The position numbers and the translations under genes are program-made. Below the pieces are notes generated by a model. That model searched no databases, was not told where the DNA came from, and saw only the letters and a program-made list of their open reading frames with translations. From Antechinus flavipes (lineage: Eukaryota): DNA of 64,000 bases. The DNA lies in contig NC_067402.1 of the NCBI RefSeq assembly GCF_016432865.1, forward strand, positions 223,510,001 to 223,574,000. Reading direction: 5' to 3'. Shown here in pieces: positions 49,502 through 62,979 of the stretch; position 1 is the stretch's first letter, and the number at the start of each line of letters is the position of its first letter.

Positions 49502-50420
49502 CTACAAAAGGAGGAAAACAGTCCTATTAAAAACCAATCGTGGACAGCCACCCAATGGGGGGAAAAAAGACAAAGATTTCAACTAGCCAGGAAGCCAGAG
49601 AGCTGAACTGGAGGAACAGGGGAGCCAGGGATTCAGGCGGTAGATAAGTATCTCCTACACATGAATGGGCCTGCAAGTTGGCCTTGCATGGACACTGAGC
49701 ACGACCTGTTTATTCTGGGGAGTCTGAGGGAAAGGGACTGCAGTTTCTGCAAATATGAAGTGTATATAGATCTGTTTTCTCAATGGAAATGTAAGAGGTG
49801 ATATAGGAAATCATGTCCTGACTGACCAACCCTCCTCTTCCTCCTCCCTGAGTATACAACATCCTTGGAGAGAGGGAAGACTTATCACTCTTTTTCTCAA
49901 TCCCCCAAACCCTGTAATTATCCCTTCTCTGGGTGAAATGAATGACTTGTGTCTATGTGATGTCTTGAGTCACTACCCTGTCCCTATCCCTCTGCTTGTT
50001 CTATAGTCTTCTAAAAGAACTTTGTTGCACTGGAAAGATTGCTGGACCCGAGATTGGAAACTACCCAGATGAGTGGAGTTATTCCTGTACTCAAACCTTA
50101 CTTTCTACCCCCTCCCTCCACAGTAGCCACTTGTAGCATCCACTATCCCTCTTCCCCCCACCACCACATCCTCCCCAACAAGTTAGCTGGGCCTTTGGGG
50201 CAGTGGGGTAGGGGTCAAGAAGGGAAGGAAGAGTTGGGAAGTGAGGGAGGGAGATGGAAGTGGCTGGTTAAGAAGATGTTCTGAAGCATCTCAAGCTTCT
50301 CCCATCAGCTGCCAGTTCCCAAGTGCACCCAGGTAGGGGTGGGAGGAGGGTGGAGATGGGGTAGAAGGAAGTGGGAATGGGTGGGGAAAGGGGTTGAACA
50401 ACAACAAAAAAAGAGTTGGT

Positions 50421-50457
50421 GTTACCATCTGATGGGCTACGCGGCCTGTGTGAAATG
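50421..50457 (+). mobile_element. Visible edge of an LF-SINE, antisense to PCBP2; the rest is presumed to lie in gap 50458-50796
   Basis: gttaccatctgatgggctacgcggcctgtgtgaaatg matches my recall of the LF-SINE consensus (TTACCATCTGATGGC...GGCCTATGTGAAATG); position fits the LF-SINE-derived 31-aa cassette exon, which is not visible elsewhere. Confidence 0.7.
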
Positions 50458-52025
50458 NNNNNNNNNNNNNNNNNNNNNNNNNNNNNNNNNNNNNNNNNNN
50501 NNNNNNNNNNNNNNNNNNNNNNNNNNNNNNNNNNNNNNNNNNNNNNNNNNNNNNNNNNNNNNNNNNNNNNNNNNNNNNNNNNNNNNNNNNNNNNNNNNNN
50601 NNNNNNNNNNNNNNNNNNNNNNNNNNNNNNNNNNNNNNNNNNNNNNNNNNNNNNNNNNNNNNNNNNNNNNNNNNNNNNNNNNNNNNNNNNNNNNNNNNNN
50701 NNNNNNNNNNNNNNNNNNNNNNNNNNNNNNNNNNNNNNNNNNNNNNNNNNNNNNNNNNNNNNNNNNNNNNNNNNNNNNNNNNNNNNNNNNNNNNNNTTTT
50801 TCCTTTTTCCTTTAAAAGGAGCTCACAACATGATTTGAAACGAGCCGCAGTGTTTTGTTTTTTTTTTTTCTTTCTTTCTTTTTTTAAAAAAAGTTACCTA
50901 GTGGCAGATTTCACGCCGCGCGCTTGGGCTGTTTTTCAACAAAGGGATAGGGATGGAAGAGCTTAAGGAACCAGACCTAGGGCAGTTCCAGGGATTATTT
51001 AGGGAGTAAAATGACCCTGGAGTCTACTCCACCACAAAGGAGCAAAAGGGACACATGTCCACTTGTGGGCAGACTGGAAGCTGGTCCAAACAAAAAGGCC
51101 ACTGAGAAGATGCTCCAGGGCTGGGCCACTCACGGAAGAAGCTGCAAGCCTTTTAGAGGGTGGTCAACTGAAAGGGAATTGCCAAGGGAAAGGGAGGGGA
51201 GGAAAAAGAGGTATGAAGGGGAAGGTGGTAGGTTGGGGAACGGAAAGGAACTGAAAGCAGGACATGTAAATGGACCGCAACAATTGCTGCCCTATAGCCT
51301 GGAACTAGTGCAAGTCCCAAACCAGGATTGGAAAATCCAGGAGTAGTAACCTGGACCTCCAGCTTAGAATAGAAAGTCCTTAGCCTACCCCTCCTCACTG
51401 TACTGACTGGGTCTCTGTTCATCCCACCTATCTGCCCCTGTCTCTCAAACCCAGTTTTCCATAGTGGTGCATGAATGCTAACAGTGAGTGTACTGTGTAC
51501 CTACTGAATGAACCAGAGGTATGTGATTTGCCTTTAGGGCCCTGTGAAAAGTCCAAGTCAGCCTAAATATTGTGCCAATTCTCTGAAAATGTGAATGAGA
51601 TAGACCTCAGGACTATGATGTTCTGATCCCAGGCCCCTCTGGTATCCCCTTTATATCTGGTCCCAGGTCAAATGGAAACAAGGTAGAACTGGTAAGCAGA
51701 GATAGAAAACAGGTCATGCTCGGGGTGGAAAAGGGCTCAGCTCCATCCACTTGCCCCAGCCAGCTACCAAAGTAACAAGTTATGTTTCAAGTTGAACCCC
51801 AATGCTCCCATACTAGCCTACCTATTATTACTTAAAATCCTAATGCAATGGTGCTGGCCAATTCCTCTGTGATTATCACAAGCACGGCCTGAGTTTAAAC
51901 CACTTTGCAGGAAGCAAATTTAAAGGAGTATCGGGATAAAGGGGGTGTTTTGGTGTCCTCCAAGATTCTAATACCAAGGACAACAATCTTTCTTCAATGC
52001 TTATTAATACATTGCCCTAGCTGAG

Positions 52026-52092
52026 TCATATATATGTATATATATATATGTGCATATATATGTATATATATATGTATACACACATACATATC
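52026..52092. repeat. Degenerate (TA)n/(CA)n microsatellite
   Basis: catatatatgtatatatatatatgtgcatatatatgtatatatatatgtatacacacatacata. Confidence 0.9.
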
Positions 52093-52701
52093 TACCATGT
52101 GGGTTCAGAACCAGTGCATAGGGAGGTTAAGAGCCTGGGAGACAACACACTGGAGTTTGGGGGTAAGGGGATAGGAGCAGGGGAGGTGAGGTGGGGGGGG
52201 AGGGGAAGTTTGTAGGACACTCAAGTTCAGGACCCTTGATTTGACAGACCACCGAATAGATGATAACCTTCCTCAGAGGTCTAGTCCTTTAAGACCCCCA
52301 AGAAGACTTCTAGATCATCCCATTTTAATCAGAATATGAATGGGGTGTGAGGGGAGAGGGGAAGAAGGGCAGTGACAGATTATTTAACCCTCTCTCTGCT
52401 AATCCATCCTCCCCCTAGTTTCCCTTTCCAATTATAAATACCTCTTCAGAGTGCCTACAGAACTTCCAATATCTGCTGAAAATTAAATAGGGGCTCAACA
52501 TTAGCTTGCTCTAAGAGGAAAAAAATGTTTAACTTTGTTTTAACTCAAAAAAAAAAAAATACAAAAAGCAGACAAAGGTCACGTGGTGACCTGAGTACAG
52601 CAAACATGCAGAGTGGTCTGGTGTGTCGCTGGTAAAGTTGGCAGCTGAATATAACTTGCCCACCCTTACCCAACAATGCCCACAAAAATCAAGTTTCTTA
52701 C

Positions 52702-52776
52702 CTGACCACCTGCAAAGATGACTGGAGAGCTGGACGGCTTGGGCCGGTACGGGATGGTCACGCCCTTCGGGGGAGA
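52702..52776 (-). CDS. PCBP2: PCBP2 exon after KH2 (75 nt, or 87 nt with the upstream TG acceptor)
   Basis: [TLSQ]SPPKGVTIPYRPKPSSSPVIFAGGQ; CAG|gtaaga donor. Confidence 0.95.
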
Positions 52777-54526
52777 CTGGGAGAGAGTCAGAGGGGAAAA
52801 AAAACAAAAAGAGATAAGGTTTCAAAGCTGTTTCAGCTGTGTGGCTAATGCTCACACAGGTCACAATAAAAACAAAGTAACCTACCCAATCTTCCACCTA
52901 AGTGCATTCTGCCTAACCTTAAATAATTTGTGCAACATACAATAGCACTGGGCTAGTTCTGGCTATACAAAAAAACTTGGGCAGAGAACTCAAACCAAAA
53001 TGGTCTCCAAAAAGTTCTTAAGCTATGCTGAAAATGACTTTTCTAAGTTTATTCACTGCAAGAAAATCGGAGTATGACTTGCTTTTCTTTAACACATGTT
53101 AAAGATGTTTTTATGTGCCAGGCCATCTAAATCAGAAAATTAAATAAAAGCCAGAATTTTGTTTCTGGCTTGATTATCAGAGAAAGAAGTAGCATAGCCT
53201 GGATATTTTATACCAAACATCGCTTCTTAATCTTTGATCTGATTATATTTCCTTTTCTTTTCAATAAAACTAAACCCAATTTTATAACCTAAAATTGTTT
53301 CTTCTTCGGAACAGTTATTGTCTATTTGGGAATCAGATCAATAGCATGTTGCTAAGACTTCATTAAACCTGGATTTTAAGTTAACACCTTGTCCTGTGAA
53401 TCTGATCTAGCACATTTCTGCCATCCACCATACCCAATTAATGACCTCCTTCCTCTCCTTTTTGAAGTTCAATGGGTAGAGATCATTATCACTCACTAGT
53501 TTCTATTTTAGTGCTCTGGATTTTATAAAGCCAAGGGGAAAGAAAGCATAAATCCAAATGCACAACATAATTCTAGCCTATATAAATTTAATTTAGGTGT
53601 GTTGCCCCCCTCCCNNNNNNNNNNNNNNNNNNNNNNNNNNNNNNNNNNNNNNNNNNNNNNNNNNNNNNNNNNNNNNNNNNNNNNNNNNNNNNNNNNNNNN
53701 NNNNNNNNNNNNNNNNNNNNNNNNNNNNNNNNNNNNNNNNNNNNNNNNNNNNNNNNNNNNNNNNNNNNNNNNNNNNNNNNNNNNNNNNNNNNNNNNNNNN
53801 NNNNNNNNNNNNNNNNGCACACCTCATTGTATTATCAATAAGTAGGAAGGTATGTGCCCCAGTAGTGCCTTATTCCCAGCAAGCAATACCCTTCCCTTCC
53901 CCCTTCAGCACTCTCTACCTACTACTCTTCCCCCATTCCATCTGAAATGGTTTAATCCAAGCTGAAAATAAGTCAGGCTCCAAAAGCTGGGGGCTGAGTA
54001 ACAGACTAAATTTAACCTGATCCCAAGAAAAGGTTCCTTCAAGACTATGCCTCTAAGCTAATGACCTGCCTAGTTTTTTGCCTTTCCTGGTCAAAGGAAA
54101 AAAGACACCAAGAAAGAATGGTTTTCTATAAGGTTCAGTTATTTCTCCAGAACAAAAGTTTTTCTCACAGAAAAGAGGGCAGTACTCTTCTAGGACCCAT
54201 ACAAATTTTATTAGCATTCAAACTCACCTCCCACCAGAATGAGAGAAATTTGTTTTTCTATAATCCATTAAGATAGAATTCTACCTCAAAACCTAGGGCT
54301 TCTATTTCCCCATCACACAAGTCTTGATCAAGAAATAACTTATTTCTCCCAATTTTCCATCTCTCACCCCCCCCCAATTACCACAATTCCCTTAACGCTA
54401 AAATTCCCAGAGACCCTCTTTCACAAAGATCTAAGAATCAAACTAGTGATGGCCTTTATCCCTTTAACTATCCTCAAGTAACTCCAATAAAATTGAAACA
54501 GGACCAATTCTAAAAGTCAAAAGTTA

Positions 54527-54805
<279 letters not shown>

Positions 54806-56223
54806 TTAGTGCTTGGCATTCCATGCTAGACTTATTACTGTAGGGCACTTTTCTCTGAGAAATCATCTCAGATAATATGTTCCATCTATTAGTTGCTTTC
54901 TCCAAGCTCCTGTCCTCTCTCTCCTATGGAAAGAGGCAAAATTATTTAGAGGTACTAGGTAGAGGGAAGGTTTAAGCCCTTGGAATAGAAGCCACCAATA
55001 GTCAATGAAATCAGCTCTCTGGAATAATTTGTGTTTTAGACAAAGGAAAAAAAGGCAACTGAAAGAACCAGGGACTGGAGTCCCATTGTTCCAAAGTACC
55101 CAATACATTACACTACTCAACTACTACAAACTCATCCTATTTAGCACTTAAAGAAAAAAAAAAAACCAAAGTATCCACTTTTCAGCAAATGATTTGACTT
55201 TTGAAATGGGAACACCTGTAACAGATGGCTCATCGCACCTCATTAAGAATGATAAGACTAGCATTATCAGTAGATTGGGAATAAAGAGTTCCTACCACAC
55301 AACCCTTTCAGTCTCTAGAATTCCAAGTCACTGAGAGCAGCCCCCCAGTTCAACTTTGTAATACTGTGTTCCTAGGAATCAGTAAAATTGACCCAGGAAG
55401 CAGCAGGAAATCAGGCAGTGAAAGCTAAGAGGTCTCATGCTTGATAAAAGTAAGACATTTTGTCCTTAAAGTGGGGGGAGGGGGCTGGAGGTGGAGAAAA
55501 AAGAAGTTGGGGAAAATACTGAAATAATGTACACCAGCATTGAAATTTAGCTGGATTCCTGCTGATTTAAAGGAAGAGCTTCTGAGCCTTCAAAGGATAA
55601 GGTTTCAGGTACCATTAAGCACTGACCACAACTCCAAAGCAGCAGCCGGATGAAACCTTTGCCTGTGGTATCAATTGCACAATTGGTTGCAGTACAGAAA
55701 GGTGAGGAGACTGAGGACAGGACAACTGATGCATGTTTGTAGTACAGGCATTCATATTTTAGACCAAAAAATGTAACTGCTAATGGTAAACCATGACACA
55801 CAGGGCATTGGATAGGGAGTAAAATGTGGGCTCAAATTATGTCTCACATAGTTTTTAGATGCGTAAACTTAAGTCACAAGCCCTGAGCTTTGGTTTCCTC
55901 ATCTCTAAAATTAATTTGCAGCCAGTCAGAAAACTTTTATTAATCCCACTTTTTCAAGTTTTTGCTTTTTGCATAAAACCACAAAGTTAAAGACATTACT
56001 TAACAGGATTACTGGAGTTATGTTTTATAAATACTGAGCACTATGTTTTCCAATATGGAGAAGACTAGATGAACTTATTTTTGGTGTGATGGCCAAAACA
56101 ATATTAAATTTTAGACCACGAAGGTGTTTTGGTATTTTTATTGGGATTTTGGGAGAAGAGATTAAGTTGGTATATAGACTAGAAAAGATCTTTACATCCA
56201 GATTTACAGATGATGAAAGCCTA

Positions 56224-56661
<438 letters not shown>

Positions 56662-56915
56662 TTAGCTTTCCTTCTTCAGACTACAGCAGCCATCTTAGGT
56701 GCTAGATCCAGGCTTACACTGGCCAGAACTACATTTCCCAGCATTCCTTTCTACCACATCAGAATTATCATTTGCTGCCAGAACAAGCTCAAGTAAACAA
56801 GCTAGTAATACCAGTTTCTAATATCTCCTATTGGGACCCTCCTCCCACCTATGCCTAATTTCTAATTCCTTGTAGGTTTTTACCCACTTTTCTAGCACCC
56901 AGGCCTTAGACTTAC

Positions 56916-56948
56916 CTCTTCACGCATCTTCTTGACCGATTCTCCTTT
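56916..56948 (-). CDS. PCBP2: PCBP2 33-nt KH1 exon
   Basis: KGESVKKMREE; gcag/gtaagt. Confidence 0.95.
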
Positions 56949-57040
56949 CTGCAACCCAAGGAAAAGAGAAAAGTAAACTCCAATTGCTTCACAACCCTAA
57001 TTGGCTAAACAGTAACTAAGATGAAGCAAACCTGTCTTAC

Positions 57041-57064
57041 CTTTCCAATAATGCTTCCAACTTC
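57041..57064 (-). CDS. PCBP2: PCBP2 24-nt KH1 microexon
   Basis: EVGSIIGK; ttgcag/gtaaga. Confidence 0.94.
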
Positions 57065-58238
57065 CTGCAATTAGGAAAATAATTATCAATAAATAGAAAT
57101 ACTAAAGAATCAGTGAAATGGAAATGGTCATATCTGTGTCCAACTACTCCACTGCTCTTTGGATTTCAGTTATCAAAGACAAACAGTAACATTGTGTTGA
57201 TGCTAGGCAATATGGACTCAATGGGAAGTTACAGAAATCCCAATGATTACAGAATTGGGTACCTTTGGGGACAATGAATTCCTTTTCAAAAGGCAGAAAT
57301 GACTATGGGAAGGGAGGAAAGAGATGAGAGATAATAACTATTAGGTCGACTAAAGGTCCTTCTCATATCCCCCTTTTAACTCTTAATTCTGCAACTGCAT
57401 TCCCTCTTTTGCCTCTTAAACCTTTTCATGTTTGTTTTTTTTGTTTTTTTTTTTTTAACATTCCTATCCAGTAAATTTAATTCAACAAATTATATGTTTT
57501 TGAATAGAAAGCAGTGGTCCTATGATTTGTTAAAATCTTGGTAAAGAATTTCCCTCTCCACCAAGGCTAGCCAGTGACTTGCATTGAGAATTTATGACTT
57601 AGTATCCAGGGTAATACATCCTGTTAGTATCCCCAAGGTAGGATTTGAACTAAGGTCTTCTAAGACCATCACCAAGTACTTATCAACTAGCTCAGAAAGA
57701 TTCAATGTTTAGCAAGCATGGAAGAAATTAAGCTAATTAGTAGTTTTGCTGAATTGCCCATCAGCCTTATTTAGCACATTTATTGTTATGTGCTTACTTA
57801 AGATTGCTGTCCACAAGTATGTTTGGGGAAGAATTAATTCTCTAATACTAGAGCTTTTCAAGAAAAGATAGACTAATACTTGTGAGTCCAATTTAGAAAA
57901 TAATCTCACCCTTCATTTGGGGTTCTAGTGATATATTTTTCTTTTTAAAGACAATGGTATTTAGAGTCTCCAATGTTGTGCAGGTCTCTATCCCTAGTCA
58001 TTGGGATATAGACCTACACCTTATCTAAAAAACACATCCAACCTTTCCTGACAATAGTGAAATCTGAATAGAAAAAAATGCTTGCCCTCCCCTTCTTCCC
58101 ATTTCTTTCTGCTAATAGTGAGAAAGAGTATTATAGCAAGGCATCCTGCTATGCTAATCTCAAGAACTCCAAAATAGGCACTCCCCCCACCCACCCTGAA
58201 CTCCTCCCCTAATATTTACTATGACCCAATTTACCAAG

Positions 58239-58402
58239 NNNNNNNNNNNNNNNNNNNNNNNNNNNNNNNNNNNNNNNNNNNNNNNNNNNNNNNNNNNNNN
58301 NNNNNNNNNNNNNNNNNNNNNNNNNNNNNNNNNNNNNNNNNNNNNNNNNNNNNNNNNNNNNNNNNNNNNNNNNNNNNNNNNNNNNNNNNNNNNNNNNAAA
58401 AA
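58239..58402 (-). other. PCBP2: PCBP2 ATG-containing exon, almost entirely hidden in a gap
   Basis: Acceptor ccattccag|TTTTT at 58402 abuts the 159-nt gap; MDTGVIEGGLNVTLTIRLLMHGK is not found elsewhere; inference. Confidence 0.65.
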
Positions 58403-60439
58403 CTGGAATGGCAAACATTTTCTTCTGTTAAGATAGTAAAAACTTATAAAAGAAAAACTTTTTTGCAACCTGGCCTACTTTATTCTTGATAACAGAATCT
58501 CCAAATTAATGCTTTTACTTTTTCATCTTCTACAATTAAATAAACCACATCTTTGAAAAAAATTAATTGCTACCTCTAAGGAGAATTTATTCACAGGCCT
58601 GTGAAGTAAATTTCATGGTAGTAATTGTTTTTGCATTTAGTTGGCAGAACTGCTAAAGATTATCCTTAGAGATATCTTTCAATAAAACATTTTAGTAATA
58701 CATGGTCATCCTCCTCTATAGACATCGTCATATAATCCTAATTCCATCTCTTTCCAAAACATCTTCAATCTTACCAGTCTTGTTTCCTTAAACCTGAAAG
58801 CCCCAAGGTTTTCCCCTCTCCCAAATTTGTAGTTTATTAAGTCGAGTCCTTCTAGATCAAGAGATTGTAGTTATGTCCAGAGAGTTCCTACTTATAGTAA
58901 TACATCAACTTTTGCTAGGTGATGATAAAACCCCAAACTCGCTAATAAGCTATTTTCAATTCAAACTCCACCTATTTTCATTAGGTAGTGAATTTTATCA
59001 CTAGGGTTCCCTTTACAGACTATCAAGATTTTCACATATATTACTTGATGCGTCTCACAAGATAATAATACTAAATAGGAGTATTTGCTTTACAATGAAA
59101 CTATGAGAGTTCAATGACTTCAAGGTCCCAAAATTCTAGTGGTCTTATTAGGGGATCCAAACCTAGGATTTCAACATTTTACAAAAAAAAAAGTACAGTG
59201 TTCTTTCTTAATACTCCTTCTCAAGCGGAGCCGACAATAAAGCAAAAATACAATGTCCCACCTATTATATTCATTGATTCTAATTTCCCCACCTCCCACA
59301 TTACTAGAAAGACTCAAAATCAGATTTAATTTTTTTCTTCTATCTTAGAACATGATTTAAAATTGTTACCCCCACATTTTTTCTTTAGGGGGACAGTACT
59401 TTTACAATCTTGGCACTATTTAGTCACAGCAATTACTTTAAGACGTAAGCTTTTCTGCAACCTAACACAAAATGTCCTCTCATGCTTCTATTTTCCCAAT
59501 GACTTTTCAAACAAACCCCCCTTTATGTCTCAGTGACACAGACCTCAGGGACCTCACTACCTCCTCAAAGTCACAGTTATCCTCTCCTGAAAGCACCAGA
59601 TTTACTACCTCTCTATTTTACTTTAAAATAAAAAAGCAAGATCAAACAATTTTGAAAAGTCTTAAAATTATTACTGCCTTACTCTCATCCCACCTAAAGT
59701 GGCACATCACCCCTTAGCTACCAAGAATCTATCAGAGAATAAACTGCGAATCTAAAAGAAGCCCTTAGTAAGCTATAGCCAACCACCCAGACATGAACAC
59801 ATGAAAGGTGAAGAAAGATAAATGAATTAAGGAATCATCCATCTATCATCTGCAGAGTGGTTTGTGGCCTTTTCTTTCCTTTAAAAGTTTAAGATCGCTA
59901 ACATCAAGATTCACTGTCTCAATTTTAGAAACAAAAAAAAAAATGATGCTCAACAAAGTTTGAAAGGCCAAGATAAATTTCTCTCGATTTTAAACTACGA
60001 AATGAATTTTTACCAACACGATTTTCTGCTTTTCGGAAAGCTCGCTTTTAAGCGTCTTTCACCCCACCCCCTCTCCCTATTAACCTGGGGGAGGTAGGAG
60101 GCTGCATTTTTTAACCCCAACACTGCCGATTTTCCTGCCACCTCGGAATGTAAGTAGGAACGGATGTTAAGCGTATCAATTAAAGGGGCCTACCAACCTC
60201 CCATAAATATCTCGGTGGAGAACTCAAATGAGGATGATGTTAAATCTTTCCTAAGTGTTAGCCAGTTAAGAAAATATCCCATATAACCTTTTGACTGGAG
60301 GGAGAGAGGGGGGAGATAAGTGTGCAGTCTACCCTTTCTCCATCGATCCTGACACTCCGTCACTTCTCATCCGGGCATTTCCCACTTTTAAAAAATTCCT
60401 CCACCACCACTATCCCCCCCCCAAAAAAAAGGGGGGAAA

Positions 60440-61450
60440 GAAAAAAAAATAAACGGCTCGGACGGGGGAGGGCGCTGCGGTCCGGGGGGAGGGGCCGGAC
60501 CAGCGGCGCCTCCTCGTGTGGCTGCGCCAGCAGCCGCCCCCCGCGGGGAGCCGCGCTCACCCGCCCGGCCAGCCGGCCATCGCCTCACCCCCGCCCCCCG
60601 TCAACCAACAAACCCGCCGCCCCCCCCCAACCTGCCGCGCGCGCGCCCTCCCAGACTCTTGCGCAGCCGCCGGAGAGTGGGGGGGGGAGTGAGAAAGGGC
60701 CTTGCGCGCGGCCTACTAGGCCGCGCCGAAGCCAGGACCTCGCGTGAGCCACCGAGCGGGCGGGGTGAGGGGGAAAGCGGTCACGCGGTGTTACGCGAGG
60801 CCGGGGCTCGTGACGGGGCCTAGGGCCGACTAACAGGTAAGTGGGGGAGGGGAATAAGAAATAAAGTTAGAGGCGGAGGGGGAGTTCTGAGGCTTACCTT
60901 CGGGCGCGAGGCGAGTGAAGGGAAAAGGGGGAGCGGGCGGGAAAGGGAAGGGCGGGAGGCCGGGGGCGGAACAATAGGGGCGGGCGGGAAGGCGAGGGGG
61001 CACCCACGGGCGGGCGGAGGAGGAAGGGGGGGGTGGAGGAGGAAGGGGGGAGAGCGACCCCGGGGCGGGGTGGAGGGCGGCGGAGGGCGGGCGGGCGGAG
61101 GGCGGGCGGGCGGGCGGGAGAGGGCGCGGGCTGCGGCTGCTCCGGCTGCTGCCTCTGCTGGTCTGGGAGGGGGACGGGGCGGAGCGGCCCGCTTTCAACC
61201 CCGCGCACCCTCCGACCCCGGAAGCGCTAACCGCCCCGGGGGCCGGCGAGGCGAAGGCAGCGCCCAAACCTCCCCCACGCACAGCGGACGGCCTCCTTTC
61301 AGCCTAGAGCGGCCCCATGTGCAACGTCGGTATCAACGAGACGAAGGCTGACAGCCGATTAAGGTCTTAAGCTAGAGCGGCACGCTGGGGGGGCTAAGAG
61401 GAAAGCCGCGACACCTAGTGGGCAACGTGGGAAGGGCGGCACTATTGGTG
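60440..61450. promoter_or_regulatory. PCBP2: PCBP2 promoter CpG island
   Basis: Very high GC/CpG; tandem GGGCGG boxes at about 61075-61130; CCGGAAG ETS-like site at about 61217. Confidence 0.9.
60898..61150 (-). other. PCBP2: PCBP2 non-coding first exon (TSS approximate)
   Basis: C-rich leader ending cgcctcgcgcccgaag|gtaagc. Confidence 0.75.
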
Positions 61451-61849
61451 AGTGAGCAGAAGAGCAACTAGAACAGACAAGGATAGAAGGGGGTGAGGGC
61501 AGAAGAGGGCGAAGGGTGTGTGGTGGGGGGCGGGGTGGACGAAAGAGAAGGACAGAATTGCCAGGACTTAATAGAAGGACAAGGTGAGCCAACAAATGGA
61601 GGATTCTGAATAAGCTCTATTCCAGGGACAGGGGACACTTTTTGAATTCCCCTGTCTCAGGTCCCAGTGTCTGTCTGTCTCTGTGCAAGGGAAATGTATT
61701 AGTCAGAAGGTAGTTTAACCCGTGTGGCCTTCCTTAAGGATAACTCCAAGAGATGATCAGATTTTTTTATGGAGGAATCTTGACAAGGTCTGAGTAGTCA
61801 AGGCCTCGATGAATTGGAATAGGAATAGCTAGTATTTTATATAACCCTT

Positions 61850-62300
61850 AAGGTTTACAAAGATATACAAAATATCCGTTATCTCTGGCATTCCTCAGAT
61901 TGAGGTATACATGGCAGATGATTTTCATCCCCATTTTATAGATGAGAAAACTGAGGCTCATAGAGAGTAATAGTCACACTGCTGTTAGAAGTCCAGGGCA
62001 ATTATAAGGCAGATCTCCCTGTTTCAAGGCCACTTTCTACCATAACCATGGCTCTTTCTACCATAACAATAGCTGCTTCCCCAAACACCAAAGTTTGTTT
62101 CTCTAAAACATCCAGAAAAGACACTGTGCTTCATTTCCACAAAAATTGATGGAAGTTATCTAAGAAGTGATCTAAAAAATTACCATATTTGACACATTGT
62201 GCAAGTGAAGAAACTGAAGCTAGAGAGTGAGGTGTCATGTCCAAGGTCACTCAGGGAGTAGTGAAGTAGCAGAGCCCAGGTCCTCTGGCTCTAAAAAAGG
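61850..62300 (-). mobile_element. MIR-family SINE fragments
   Basis: ccccattttatagatgagaaaactgaggctc and aagaaactgaagc...gtccaaggtcactcag cores. Confidence 0.75.
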
Positions 62301-62979
62301 CACATGATACTGAGCATATTCCCTACCTGGAACCTTGAGACTGAGCTATGCAATCTATGCTGACTGCATAAATCAATGCCGATCTAACAGCCATCTTTCT
62401 CCTGCTCTAGGTAGTCATCCAAGTCCCTTCCCATTTATAAATGGATATATTTATACCTTATAAAAACTTTGTTTCCCTAATCTCTCTCATCCACTTTAAA
62501 CTCAAACCTTTCCCTATCTTAGCCACTTCTGACAAACCTTTCCCCAGCCGCCTCCCCCTCCATATTGGTTTTTAAATGATCAGTCAACAAATTTCTCTTT
62601 ATCATCTAGCCCTTCATTTGATATTTCAGCCTCCCAGCACTTAAGTGTAGTTACAAAGAAAGTACTTTTTAAAGTCTTGAGCATCATAAAAATATTCACA
62701 ATTAACTCAAGTTTCTTAATTACTAATCATCTTCTACAATACTTCCGCTCTGTAATATATATCACATTACCTGCTAGACTTAGAGATCCTTGCTGGATAA
62801 CATAATAATATAACATGTTTGTGCCACAAATGAAAATATATTCTCTGAGCTTAATCATTATCTGATGGCCTCCAGGACTATTGCCTCTTTCACCTTCCTT
62901 AACAAATTTAGCATTTTAAAAAATCTCTTCAACTAATCTCTTGGAGTCTAAGTCAAAGTATTCCCTTTGGTGACAGAGC

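Noticed and set aside
60322-61595. Overlapping ORFs over the PCBP2 promoter
   Set aside because: Same CpG-island artefact
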